Positions 48,046 through 61,399 of a stretch of DNA of 64,000 nt are shown here, piece after piece. The notes below the pieces were generated by a model. It was not told the origin of the DNA and searched no databases. It saw nothing but the letters and a program-made list of their open reading frames with translations. This stretch comes from Callorhinchus milii (Eukaryota). The number at the start of each line of letters is the position of its first letter. Within the stretch, counting starts at the first letter, position 1. Position numbers and translations under genes: made by a program. Location of the stretch: positions 85,686,001 through 85,750,000 of the forward strand of contig NW_024704743.1 in the NCBI RefSeq assembly GCF_018977255.1, read 5' to 3'.

Positions 48046-49199
48046 GTACAGAAGCAATGTCTGATACCTTTGAGGGAGAACCGGGTTATGATTGTTAACA
48101 TTATTCTGAGCCTGAAACTACAGTCGTATATTCCCCAGTGTTTTGTGTGGATGAATGCCTTATCTTAGAATTGGTAACTGTTCGGCTTAAACCTATATGT
48201 CCAACAATTGTCCTTTCTGGACACAAGTATTGTGCAGAATACTATTTAACGCAATTCTCTCTGTGTCTGAAATAGAGTGTCTGTTGCTGCTGCTACTGCA
48301 CTTCACAAAAGCCTTGAAGGAAAGAATTAATTATCTATTTTCTCTGTAAAGGTTACTGTATTGACTTGGAATCGTGCTGTTATTAGTTTTTCTATGCTAG
48401 TGCCTCGTGAGGTTTATAATCCCTGATTCCTTTCTGCATTGGGTTTGCTGCATTTTGTTCAGGGCCATGAGCAGCAGATAGTGTGTGTGAAGAGGTAAAA
48501 AGCAAGGCTGACAAAATTGTTCAATTAAAATAATATGCTGGCAAGGTGAGATCTAATTGTTCGGAAGTCTGGATGTTCCTGAGGTCAGAGATTAGTGGTA
48601 GTCATTCATTGGGGCCAACAAGAACTTATGCAAGCTCATATGTTAAGCTATATCCTTGATACCTGTCTTAATATTAGGTCATTTAATCAACATTAAATGT
48701 TGATAACAGTGCCCAGAGTTGGGCACTGCTACCGGCAGAATAATCAGTGAAATGCTTACCCTAATACTGCCTTCTTCAAATAAACTCCATATCAGTAATG
48801 TGCAGAACTGCTGAAAGCAGCACCAGATTTCATTTGAAAACCATTAGTGTGTCACTGTAATGAGCCCCACAGAAGATTATAAGAGGAAGAGACTTGTTTG
48901 AATTCTTAATAATCACCAGTACCTTGGTTCGTTATCCTTCTGCTACACCTACATGAAATGACCTGAATTGCTTTGATTCTTTTAAGTGAGGCAGCTTATG
49001 TAGCACGAAAACACACTGCCATTTGCGTTATTAGTTATTGTATGATTCAGGCTCCAGATCTTACTTTACTCGACAGTGTTCTTTCACCATTAAAATGTGT
49101 TCAACTTTTTTTTGTACTCCGTAGCAGCACAATGAAATTCAATCTACAGTAAACTCCTGATATATCATCATTCCAAGGGAAACGAGGTCAGTGGCTATA

Positions 49200-49354
49200 T
49201 CTGGGGTGATTTGTGCACCATTGGCTGCCATTTTTCGCCCAAAATATATACAATCAAATCACTTTACAGTACATTCTGTGAAGCGCTTTGAGAAGTCTCG
49301 AAGATGTGATAAGGCGATATATCAAATGCAAGGATTATTACTATTATTATTATT
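49200..49354 (+). mobile_element. SINE 3' half
   Basis: TTGGCTGCC...CACTTTACAGT...GTGAAGCGCTTTG...ATCAAATGCAAGG(ATT)n. Confidence 0.88.
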
Positions 49355-49375
49355 AATATGTGGCCAGTCCTCCAG

Positions 49376-49394
49376 AGCCACTAGGGGGTGCTCT
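49376..49394 (+). promoter_or_regulatory. Candidate CTCF site
   Basis: AGCCACTAGGGGGTGCTCT versus the core consensus CCASYAGRKGGCRS; one C>T change. Confidence 0.4.
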
Positions 49395-49554
49395 GGTTGT
49401 GAACACCTACACCAACATACACTGCACCTGTTTAGAGCGAGCAGCTGTCAGTGTGACAGTCCCCAAAACTGTCAGTTTATTTGTTAAAATTCATTTAATT
49501 AAGTACAAGTGTGTGTATAAGTGTGCCAACAAAAACAGGTCCTACACTTGAAAG

Positions 49555-49820
49555 TATAATAAAAACTTTATATAACATAGATTAATGTCTCAGAGTGCTT
49601 CACAAGATTGGGTCAGATGTTCAGCGAGGAAAAAAGGGGGAAGTAACCATATGCAGTCAAAGAGATTTTTAGATGGGATTTAAAGACAGATAGAGATAGG
49701 GCAACAGAATGGCGTGGAAGGAGTGAGTTCCAGAGGTTAGGGAGGTAATATCTTAAGGCACGGCCACAGATGGTGATGAGAAGGAGACGGGGTATGCATC
49801 AGGCCTAAGTTGCAGGCAGT
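49555..49820 (-). mobile_element. Old L2 3' fragment
   Basis: rc CCTCTGGAACTCACTCC...CTTTAAATCCCATCT...TCTCTTTGAC...GTGAAGCACTCTGAGAC. Confidence 0.65.
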
Positions 49821-50155
49821 AGTTACTGTAAAGTTCTTTGTTTCTATGTGATAAGGTGCCATAAAAATGGAAGTTCTTTCTCTTGAATTGTGCGGTTTGG
49901 TAATCATAGACATTAGTTGGTTGGCACAGTCAGATTGCAGCGACAAAGAAGCAGATTACTATCTATAACACCAGTCAGGAGGAAGAGAGAAGAGCAATTA
50001 CAATTCTGCAGAATGTTTGAATTTTGTGGGGTCCACAATCTGCAAATACGTAGAATGTAAGATCAGAGGAAGCAGTTTAAAGCAGAGTGTATGTTGCACT
50101 TCTTCCCTAAGGGACCACAAACAGCAGGTTGTGAAGGTTTCATATTTCTACTTCA

Positions 50156-50490
50156 ATCAGCTTGGTTCTCTTGGTAGCCCTGTTGCCTGTCAGTCTGATA
50201 GTTGTAGACATAAGCTCAAAGTCTATGTTGATATTCTTTGCTGTGCCGGGAAGCACTGCATTGTCAGAAGTGCTATCTTTCAGGTCAGAAGTTAAACTCT
50301 GCTTTTGTTTGCTTGTTCAGGTGGATGTTAAAGAGGAGGCAATTTCTTCAGGTGTGCCAATCAACTATCTTCCACATGAACTAGTTATTTACATTATGGC
50401 TGATTATGAGACTTTGCTGGTGGCCTGTTTACCTGCACGAACGGCTAACGTACCTGACAGTAATTCCTTGTGAAGCATTTTGAGGCACCG
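50156..50490 (+). mobile_element. Highly decayed Deu-SINE
   Basis: GCATTGTCAGAAGTGCTATCTTTCAG...GTTAAAC...CAGGTGGATGTTAAAG. Confidence 0.65.
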
Positions 50491-52339
50491 GACAAAACCA
50501 GGGTCTTTGTTTTCTGTTATTAAAGGAATGGTATCAAATGGGCTATTTTCATCTTTGCACTTGAATGAGCTGGTTTGGCTATTCCCATTTTGCATGCCAT
50601 GGCATAAATTCAATTATGGCATGAATATCCAGCATAATTTCACAGTTCATGCTTATCCAAATAATTTAGCCTATCCATCACTTTACATCAGAACATTATT
50701 CACTTGATCCAAAGAGGTTCCGTGGATGTTCCTATCATCGCTGTGAGTTCATGTTTTGCTTCCACTTGATTTCAGACAACAGCGGCAATTCTTTGTTACC
50801 TTAAGACTCTGAATATCAAAGTAACAATAAACTCTGGATGACTCATCACTCAAAGGAAAAAGGGCTCAGTGACAAGTTATCTGGAGAGTCTAGTTAGACC
50901 TAGGTCCTCCCAGGTCACAAGGGGCCGCTGTGACTGATGCAGGGCTCAGGAGAGGTTGGGCTCCAATAGACCTGGGGCTTGTGCGATGCATCTGAACATA
51001 AGCGATCAACCACCTCCGAGTGCCCACGCCAATCACAGGATAGGGTGGGAGGCCTCTGTGATGCAAGATGCCATCTTATAGGATGAGTTATCTGATCAAT
51101 TCACTCAACAACAAGAACAGACTGTAACAGGTCATGTACTCCTGAACTCAAACATCATGAGCGACTAATGAATCAACTAACACCTACCTGTAGGTTTCTT
51201 TCAACTTCTCCATTGGCAATTATTATTCCATCCTTTGGATATGTGTCCTACTGTACTTCCTATATGCAATAACTTGCATTCATTTGCATTAACCATGGTG
51301 TGGAACACCAGCTGCTGCTGTCCATCACTGTATGAAATAATTGTTTTATTTTTTAAACTTGTGTAATGTTGATGCTGTGAACAATGAAAATTACTAGTGA
51401 ACTCCAGAAAACAGCATTTACTGCAATTATAACTGTTAACCTGAAGCAATGCCTTTCTGGTCAGCACAGCAGAGGTTTCTCACTCAGCATTACTGATTAA
51501 CTATTGCTGGATGTGGACAATGTTAAAGATCTCTGCAGCTCATGCACACAATAGCACAGAAGTTAACAATTAGGTTGAGACTCTTCATCATTTTCCTTGA
51601 ACACTGGTGTGCTCTCAACAAGGCTCAGTCAAGCAATCAAATAAATAAAACAGCTAAAGGATTACTGCTGCATACACCACTGTGGTAAAAACTGCTCTGT
51701 ATTAAAGAGGGTAATCCTCTTCAGTGCTCAATCTCATTCATTCAGAACAGATTGATTCTTAGTGCAGCTCCAGCATAAAACTCTCTATATTTTATACTAT
51801 TGCTATTTCACAGAAAAGGCTGTTTTATGACATCCCATATTTGGATATTAACAATCCAATTACTGGATTATAGGATAAAATGAATTAAAGAAGATTCTGA
51901 ATGTACTTGCACTTATGAAAAAAATATTTATTGCATTTGGATTCCCCTCTGACCATTGTGTATCCCTTTATTAAATCTTTTGTAATTTCCTGTGCTCTTT
52001 CAAAAGAAATCGAAGATTATTGATAACAAGAATTTACAAAGGCATATATTTTGATAATTTAATTAGCCAAAGATGGATTATGCCAGTATTTGCAAAGGAA
52101 TTATAGTCTCTAAATGGATTTGGAAAAGCTGAGCATAAAAAAAGCTCTGTAACCTTGTTTAACCTACGTCAGTGTTAATATAGCAGCACAAAAATGCTTT
52201 AGTGGTAAAATTCTCAAATAAAACAAATCATCTACCTCTTAATTTAAAATGTGCTGAGCAAGATAAATGTTAAAAACCACTGTTGTTCAATCTTGCCCCA
52301 AAGGATCATTGAGTAATTGCCTTGCAGCGATTGTGTTGA

Positions 52340-52590
52340 CATATATGAACCAGAAAGGCTCCGATTTGATCCCTGGTCTGCACTGAGTTAGCTAATCTCA
52401 AGAGACAGGCAAAAGGGACAATATGATTGCCTCAGTCTCCGATAGACAGGAGAGGATTGAGAGGGAAATCAGATAATTTTTTCATTTCATGTTACTGAAT
52501 AACTGTTGTCGCAAGTATGCAGATGTGGACATTGATAAGGAGAGAATGGGGCTCTGATGTCATGCCCCTTTCAATTGAACAGTTGTCTCA
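52340..52590 (+). mobile_element. Ancient SINE-like repeat, possibly related to 24125-24285
   Basis: B-box-like TTTGATCCCTGGTCTG followed by CTGAGTTAGCT; weak similarity to the 24125 segment. Confidence 0.35.
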
Positions 52591-53624
52591 TGATATCCAT
52601 ATCTCCTTACCCCGAGATATCGTTTATCTCCCACATCTCCTCACACTGTGAGATATCAGTTATATTGCGTGTGTCCTCTTCACTTTCCTTGATGTTTCTA
52701 CGTTGATCATTTCCACAGCATCTTGCTTATTATAGTTGATCGATTCAATAAAAAGGTGCAGGGTACTATGCAGTAGATTACTGAGATATCTCAATAAATA
52801 AACAATGTTCACAGGACATGTGCTGAAAGGAATGCATATAAATTCTGCCTCAGTGCAAAAAGTAATTCACTTGACAAAATGTGTTTTATGTTTACAGTAA
52901 GAAGATTACCACACACTACTAGGTTCCAGAAAGGTGAAGACTTATAAAATTAATATATATATATATATTTGTTAGCCTAGTATATGACACATGTGGAAGC
53001 CCATGCTTAAGAGTATCCAAATCAGATTGAGAGGTCCATGCATCTCACCTACATTTGCTTCCCAGGAGGGATGCATCCTGCTTACCTAATTCCGGAGAGT
53101 ATTAGGTGAAGGTTGGCAAGACCCAATGCTTGTGGACCTCGGAGTGTGTGTTCAAGGTAGTGCTAGTGTTTAGTCAGCTAAAACCACATAGTTTGCCATT
53201 GAAAGCTCAGTCCTGCAAGTGTCCTGCTGTTGTCCAGCTAGGAATACTGTACAGAATAGGGCGTTGGCTTGCAGAGTTAACAAGAGCTGAGTGGGAAGAA
53301 TCCCTCCTCCCCAGTGACTGGTCTGCCCCTCCAAATCCTGCCAATAAACCAGAGTGGTTGGTCTGTCAGTGCCCTGGAAAATTGCAGACCTGCCGAACTC
53401 AGTAACCAGACTACCGAGACTGCCATAAAGGATTGATTTGATTCTGACATTCCATTGCTGAACATGTTACCTTGGAACTAGTTCAGCTCTAAGGAGACTC
53501 CGCTTACCTTCCTCCCAAAGAAGAAAGCCACTAGCTGGGTATTTGACATTCAACAAGCACAGGTTTTCCACAGATTTTCAAGTCGGAACAATGTCTCAAA
53601 GTTCTTCACAGGACCTTACTTTAA

Positions 53625-53900
53625 TGATCTTATTCAGCGCCTTGGGATGTCTTACTGATGTGAAAAGCGCTATGCAAAAGTAATTTGCATTGTATTGTAA
53701 TGTATAATGATTCTGTGTGTTGAAGGTGAACATGGAACTCAATTTGCACACAGCAATGTCCCACAAGCAGCCATAAAGTGAATTGTAACTGGAGGGTTGT
53801 TAGCCAGGAAATCGTGTGAAACTCCCTTCTCTTTTGAAGTAGTGCCATGGGGCCTTTATTGTCCACCTGAACAGACAGACGGGACCTGGGTTTGATTTTG
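53625..53900. mobile_element. L2 tail (+, 53625-53700) abutting a Deu-SINE body (-, 53700-53900)
   Basis: CAGCGCCTTGGGATGTC...GTGAAAAGCGCT, then GCACACAGCAATGTCCCACAAGCAGC...AGTGCCATGGG...TCCACCTGAACAG. Confidence 0.75.
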
Positions 53901-55599
53901 AATACAGTACAGATTTGCTTTGTGGGAATCATGGCATCTTACATTTGGTTTAATATCTTTCATGTCTGAAGGCTGTCTCAAAACACTTCACAGGATATAC
54001 TGTGACTGTATGTTTTGTGGTACTCTTTCTAGTTAGGCAGACACTCCAAGGATACTCACTACTATACTGAGAGGAAATGGATGTTTCATTAATTTTGAAA
54101 CTGAACTCAGCATCGTTCCTAGAACTCAGATATTGAAAGAAGTGGATTACTGCTTACCAAGTATGGCTGGAAAATTTATAGCTTTCTTTCTTTCACAAGT
54201 TGTCTGAAGGACATGATCAATGTGCTAGTATTCACAAGCAACTCTTTGCAGTGGGATGTCATTTCAAATGGATTAGGATAATTTTAAGGCAATGGTACCA
54301 TTATTAACAGATGGTTCCACAGACATAGAGTAATGAAAGGAATGGCACAGAGATAGCATAGACCTCAGCCAAGGCCAGCCAAGACGTGTTTGACATTACT
54401 TCACTGTTCAGGTTGAATGCCCTTGATGCACCATCCAACAAGAACACTTGTGCGTTCTTACAAACAGCCATTTTCAGTACACAAAACTATATATGCGGTT
54501 AAACAAAACCAATTAGAAGTAGTTGTTCACAGAATAATTAATTCTTTGCATGATTTTAATGATTTTGAGGCTATGTTGTAAAACAATCTCATGCAAAATA
54601 TGGACTCATTAGGTGCTGCTTTCCCATTTTATATAATTTCAGCCATTTGATGTCTATACTCTCTGACTTCCAGCAGGCAGCACTTGATAGTAATCAGGAG
54701 CAAAAAGCTTGCTATTTGTCTTTCCCTGTCACTAGCGGGAGATGCTGAGGTGAACTGTAGCACCTTTAACCTTGGCGCATATAAGGGTTCAGATAACTTG
54801 AAAAGGTTAGAGGTTGGTGCTGGGACCTTCCTGGTCTTATGGCTCAATGCCATACAATGCAATGATTTATCCAGTGCGTATTTTTCAGCAAGAAAATCTT
54901 CCACAGCATCTTACTATAATTTCAATATCAGGATGTAACATGCTCGCTCTAGAAATGGATTTTTACCTGAGCTCCTATTCAGAAACTAAGTTTAAACCAA
55001 GCCTTGAGTATTGTGTGATTTTAATTTTGCATTTTGGCACTTTTACGTGACTTTTGTCGCATTGGTGTATAATATACTTTTGTATGACAGTGGAGAGCTT
55101 CCTTTCATTTCAATAGCTAGTAAATCTATAGTCAAGTCCTGCTGGCTGATCACAGAGTAGCATTGCCAGTGATCCTAGAGAAATTACTGCATCACATCAT
55201 GCCAACCTCTCAGGTAAATTCTGATAGCAGATCGCAGGAATCAGTTTCTAACAAGATGGGTGTCAATTAAGATGGTGGAGTTAGGGTAACGCAACAGTCT
55301 AAGGTATTTCATTGTCAGGGAGCCACCCTGTTGAAAAGGTTCAATGACATGCTAAGAGGTTCATTTATAACATGGACTCCTGTACAATTTGGAAGCCAGC
55401 CAAATAGTGCATTACAGGAGGCACATTACAGAGAGTGTGAGTCCTATTCACTTTGCTTCTGGAAGAAGCTGTGCTGTGACATTTCTCTGGAAATCCTAAC
55501 TTGAAAATCAATACGACACATAGTGACATGAAATAATGTGCAGTATTATCGCTATTTAAGAAATGTACAATAGTTATACCTGACCAGCATTCACCATGT

Positions 55600-55718
55600 T
55601 AATAATAATGATAATAATCCTTGAATTTGATATAGCGCTTTTCACGTGTTCTAGATGTCTCAAAGCGCTTTACAGAATATACGGTAAAGTGAATTGACTG
55701 CATTTTTGTGTGCGAAAC
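55600..55718 (-). mobile_element. SINE 3' portion
   Basis: rc of the family B tail. Confidence 0.88.
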
Positions 55719-55804
55719 ATTATTCAGAATTGCCTTACTTTAGCTAAGAGTAAAGTACTTATTTATATTGTGTATGAAGAGTGGTTTCTATGTTGTGGTA
55801 TTTC

Positions 55805-55968
55805 TTAATGGGATTCCTTAATAAAGAATATCATTAGAATTCCCACTGATCTGGAAGTTCATCTTGTTTGAGTCGAGTCCCTTTTGTCCAATGCAACATA
55901 CTTCTACTATCTGAAGTGGGGAGGTCCCCATTTGCATGACTGTCATTCTTATTAAGGAATCCTATTAA
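55805..55968. mobile_element. MITE-like element with ~24-bp terminal inverted repeats ending in TTAA
   Basis: TTAATGGGATTCCTTAATAAAGAAT ... ATTCTTATTAAGGAATCCTATTAA. Confidence 0.6.
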
Positions 55969-57269
55969 AAGAAACACAAATTAGGCCCAAATGTTAAGTG
56001 ATGTGCTAATATATAGCATTCCCCTGCAAATCCCAACTCAGAAATCAACTCTGAGTGCAGCAAAATGCAATGTTTGCATATAATGTCATTTAAGATTATT
56101 ATTTTATGATAGAAACAGTATTTCCACCATCTCACAAATTAAAAATATGATTACCACTTAAGTAGTAGAGAGCTTTTTCTGCTTGGTGACAGGCACTCTA
56201 TGTACAACTGTGCAGGCCAGAAATTCTGATTTACGTTTCAAAACAGAAGATGTGACACATTTCCAACTTGATTTATTGGACCAGGCATATAATTTAATGC
56301 AAATTCTTTTTTGATATCTGCTGTGAAAATGTTTGCAGTGTACCCATAAGTGGGCCACATCAATCGAAAGACAAGCAGAATAGGTAATGAGCCGTGAAAA
56401 GCAATGCTTTGGAAAGGATTGGGATACGTGTGAGATGAAATTTAGGAACTCAATAGTTATTTCTGAGTCAAAAGAAGATTTCCTTACAGTAATAGCTTAT
56501 TTATGAGATAGTCTGCCATCTACCACAGTGAATACTAGGTCTGTAGAGAATTTCAGTTAGGAATTTCCAGATTTTGGTTGCAGGACAAAATATTAAAGGG
56601 TGACATTTGCAGACTATATGATACTAAATAGGCTGGAGGTAGATTCTTCCCTCCCCAAAGCCATCTCAATGATGAGAGTGGAGAAACTGGGTCAATGGTA
56701 TTGGACTTCTTTCAGTTCATGAAACCCAACCTTTAACAGGATAACAAGGAGATAAAGTCCGTGATCTGGAAATCCAAAGCAGAGATCTGGCTTCTCCATC
56801 TTCACCATTGAGAATGTCATGGCATGGTTGGGAATACTTTTGACCCACTCTATGTAATATTTATCAAATGGACCACAAATCCATGGTCATTGGTATAAGA
56901 TGTGATGATAACTATTTCTTGGGTTATGCGCTGCTGAAACCTAAAAGATTGGTGTGGTTTGTGCAAGTGAATAATGAATGGTGGAGCGACGGCACAAATA
57001 AATAATCAGAAGTTTTTGTGGGAATACATTTGCAGATCAGGGAATATCTTCACAGAACTTTCACATCAGTAAACTGAGTTGGTGAAAATGGAATGTCTGA
57101 TTGACTACATTGCACATAGTCTATTGAAGGACTTGGTCCCCCTGGAATATCTAATTGCCTTTTCGTGTTTCCTTATAGAAGAATGTATTTTGGAAGAAGA
57201 TGGAGTCAATGAATGGTAATGGATGGAGACTGACTACAGCACCAATTCACTTTTCTGCTATCAGTTTAT

Positions 57270-58075
57270 GCCTTTCCTTCTCCACTGCTCTTGCATCATC
57301 TGAACTCTTGCCCCTCTGGCCCTCTTCCCGCCATGACCTTACCTCCTCGATCACCCTCCTGCAAAACTCTCTCACTAACTTTTTCTACACCCTTGCCCCT
57401 ATCACCTCCCAAATCATGCATGCTCCTTTAATTTCCCCATATATCCATATCCGTACAATATCCTTATCCTAACATTTAGATCCGTTCATGGTCTTGCCCC
57501 ACCTATTTCTTTGTCTTTCTCAAATCCAGCCACCTCCTCCACTCAGTGGGCACCAACCTGCTTCACATCTCCTGCCCTATCTATACCACCATCAGTGGTC
57601 GGGCTTTACAGTCTGTCTGCCACAACTCTCTGAAACTCCATCCCGGAGTCCAACAGACTAGTTCTTTTCTAAGCCTCCTTCAGGGCCCACCTCAAGACCT
57701 TTGTCTTTGACCACTCCTTCAGTCATCTTCCCTCCCCTCACTCACTCCCTCAGCCCGCACCCCAGATTGGGTTCAAACCCTAGACTGTCCATTGCCTTCG
57801 GTCATATGCCCAACTTAAAAGGCACTGTTATTGTTATCACAGTCTCACCCTGCCCTACCTCTGCATCCTCCTTCAACCCCACCAACCTAGCCACTCCCTT
57901 TACTCAGCGAATACTGGACTGCTTCACTCACCCCCACCCACCCCACCCACCCTATCCACCCAACCAATGACGGACAGACTTTCAGCAATTCTGCCCCGTT
58001 CTCTGGACTCCATCTGGCTTGTTCAATCCTTCCCCTTCTTCAAGGCCTTTCTTTGACCGTGCTTTCGGTCATCTT
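57270..58075 (+). mobile_element. Decayed L2 deletion derivative (linker fused to 3' end) plus a second 3' fragment
   Basis: 57270-57420 matches 2755-2885; 57480-57830 and 57845-58075 each match the L2 3' end. Confidence 0.75.
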
Positions 58076-59429
58076 CTAAGACAATGTTCGCAAGGCTGAA
58101 AATATCAGAAGTATAGAAATTTAGGGCATTACATTAGAGGCTAAATATCTCCAGTGGACATAATGGTATCTGGCTGCAGGCTATTTTAACCAAAGTAAGA
58201 TTAGTGCTATGTGCCAGAACTGTTACTGCACAGCCTATATATGCACCAGAAGAAACACCTCTAAGATTGGGCATGACCTCAAGGTGGAAAAAGTATCAAA
58301 AAGTTTGAATGCCTTAGCTAAACAGGCTATTTTTCTTTTGTTGTGAACAAATGAATGGGCAGGGTACTGACATTTCTTCCAGAGTACTGAGCAATCCAAT
58401 ATATTATTTCTGTCTGTGGTTACAGACCATCTTGAAAGCTTATAGAGTGAAATTTGTGCAATTTGTGTGTACCATTAAATTAAATGTTGCTGCACAAATG
58501 GTTACGTGTACAGTCTACAGTTCTGTTGGACAATCTGCAAAGTTAGAAAAAATATTATTGCCTCCGCAACTCCTGCTCAGATGAATATACCAAGCCACTG
58601 GTCGAATAACCTTCGTTTTTATAGGATCTGATTCTCTTCAAACATCTCAATGCATTTTACAGTAGTTATCCTGGCTGCTTTTGTAGCCAGTCACTGCAAC
58701 CATTTTACAGACAATAAGGTCCCACAAATAGATATGCCTGTGGTGTTTACGTACAAAAATACAGTGATGCTGCATAACTACACACCAACAATGCAGATAA
58801 GCAGACATTTGCTCACATGTCTGTGTATCTGCATTGAGGTCTGATGGGGAAATCGAGTTGGGCTGCAATGTCGGCTAAACCTTGTTAGTTGCACAGATAC
58901 GCACGAGGTTAACGATTTGCGATTTACCCAAGCAGTGCAAGGTTTAGAGATCTGATCAATGTATGTTCAGCATTAGAGAAAGAGAGAGACACACATACAA
59001 ACACATGCACCCAGGCAGTTAGAGAAGCAGAGAGACACACATGTACAAACATACATCTAACATCTGCACAGTTCTCATATCCACAGGGGGGCTGGTCCCA
59101 GTTGTTGTAGATATTGAGCATATTTTGGCAGTGATTACTTGTGAACACTTTGACACATTATGACATGTTAAGGATCGAGAAAATGCAAGTTCTTTCTTTT
59201 TGTTCTTCTGTCTTTCTAATATTCTCTCAGGTTATCTTACACGTGGAGTAGCCTTGCACACATAAGGGAACAAGGCTGGTCACCCCACCATCCACTCACA
59301 AAAGAGACTGAAGTACAGCCCTTTGCACAATAGCCAAAAGGACAGAAATAAAACTGCAATCATGTTGCATTAGAATAGCAATAGAAGAGAAAAGTGGAAC
59401 CTCAGTGGAACCACTATATACCCTGTGGA

Positions 59430-59570
59430 CCATTGATGGGTGCAAATTAGCTACCGCATTACCTTCAAAAAATACGCAGTCACTACACTTTACAGTAAAT
59501 CCCGTGAAGGGCTTTAAGATGTCCTCTGACGTGAAAGGCACAGTATCAAATGCAAAGATTATTATTATAT
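59430..59570 (+). mobile_element. SINE 3' half
   Basis: CAGTCACTACACTTTACAGTAAATC...GACGTGAAAGGC...ATCAAATGCAAAGATTATT. Confidence 0.85.
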
Positions 59571-61109
59571 ATTTAGTAGGATATGCTGTCCAGCATTGCA
59601 GCAGAGATAACTGTTACTAATGCTGATCTCTATAGTTCCATTAGCTGCTGTCTAAAAAATGCCAGGGCTATAAAACATGAGTATTGAGGTCACTTTAACT
59701 GGAATTTATGAAGATAAAGAATGCTAAAAATGCTAAATGGGATTGAGCAAGTGAACCCAGACAATGCTTTGAAATGCTCCAGGCCAGAAGACAGGAGAGC
59801 ACAGGTTCAGGCTTGTGAAGGGCAATTTCAGGACAGACACCAGGGTGTACTTTACTACACAGAGTAATTAGCGTCTGCAACAGTCAGCAAGAAGGATGAT
59901 TGAAGCCAGGAAGCTTGTTGCATTTTACAAACGTCTTAACACTGCGCATTGTGAATGATAAGGTTAATATTCTGGATGGGTGAGATCAAATCTGAAGCTC
60001 TTGTTATAACTGACATTTCAATTCCCATTTTAATTCCTGCTACACATGACTGAGCAATTGCTTATTGCTTTTAAACCTGTATATCAGATCAATTAACAAA
60101 AGCAACCTGCTGCACATGTATCTTTTATGTAGTTTTCCCAATTTCTTTAATATCTCTGCACCCAGTAAGGCCTTAAGCTATTTTGAAAGCTTAAATGGGT
60201 TTTGTATCCGCTGTTTTTTTAATCAAACATATTGCTTATACCTTCATGTGATGGTGCCAAAAATGTAATTAATCACAGTGTAAGAATGAGCTGTTCACAC
60301 CTCTGAATGAAATGGAGCAAAGTGGTACAAAACGTGACACATCCTTCAACTACAGAGGTGCTAATGGTGACTTGTGTTATGATACACATTAATAACAGCA
60401 TCTTGTGGCACGCAAAATGAAAAAGAATTCCATTGCAGTGACAGCAGCCATACATTGTGCTGCATGGCAGCATAAAACCCAATTAATATGGATGTAGGAC
60501 ACAATAAAATAATGTGTGAACATTAGCCTAAAATTGTGAGTTAGTTTTTCTATTATGTTTTCCATCAAAGCATATTGCCCCCATCACGACATGTCAACAA
60601 GAACAGTGTGATGGATGATTGCTGCATGTCACTTTGTGTTCTGCTTATAGAATCAATCACAGGATATGACAGCTGCCCAGTGGACTTTGCAGTCGTGTTT
60701 GCTGAGTGGCCGATTAAATTTGGGCAATAAATCATTTAAACAGGTAACTAATAAACATGGCTGAATCTGTTCCTGTGAGTGCACAAACAAACAATGCGGA
60801 AGGTGGAGGGTGTTAGCTTTTATCAAACACAAGACTCAAAAGCTCCACTGCAAAATTGTAGTTAATGAGGTGAAAAATGCAGCGTTGGGTGTGATAAACA
60901 TTATATACTACCTTTTTCACCCCATTGTGTTTTCTGTCTCATGGCTATTTGCCCTTATAAAAAGTCACCTTGGGCCAAATCCTACTAATAAAATCTCAGC
61001 TCCTCCAATATTTGCTGGTCAGATTCTGAGGCTGCCAGATGGCTGCGAATAACAGATTCTTTCCACATCCCTGATGTCTCATTAATTGCTGGTGAACATT
61101 TCTTTACAC

Positions 61110-61290
61110 TGATGCTTGTGAGAGTGGAATTCCCTGCCCCAGAAGGTTGTGGTCTCTCATTTGATTAAGACAATTATAAGGAGAAAGTTAGATACTTAGG
61201 ATGTGGAGGAAAATGGGATTAAAGGATATAACTAAATGGTGGAATAGGATCAACAAGCTGGATGGTCTGCTGCTGTTCCTAAGTGTGGTT
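61110..61290 (+). mobile_element. CR1 3' end
   Basis: TGGAATTCCCTGCCCCAGAAGGTTGTG...GGATTAAAGGATAT...GATGGTCTGCTGCTGTTCC. Confidence 0.7.
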
Positions 61291-61399
61291 CTTTTTTCCC
61301 CAATATAAATGAAGCAACCTGTTCCCTCTGGAAGCAGTTACCACTGTGTCCTGAGGTGAATCTACTTCTCAGCTCTGGAAGTAGCAGCACCCAAAACAG

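Noticed and set aside
50880..53520. Two GC-richer patches (~50880-51200 and ~53060-53520) as LTRs or as an inverted pair
   Set aside because: Only a short weak similarity; no TG...CA termini, PBS or PPT that I could verify.
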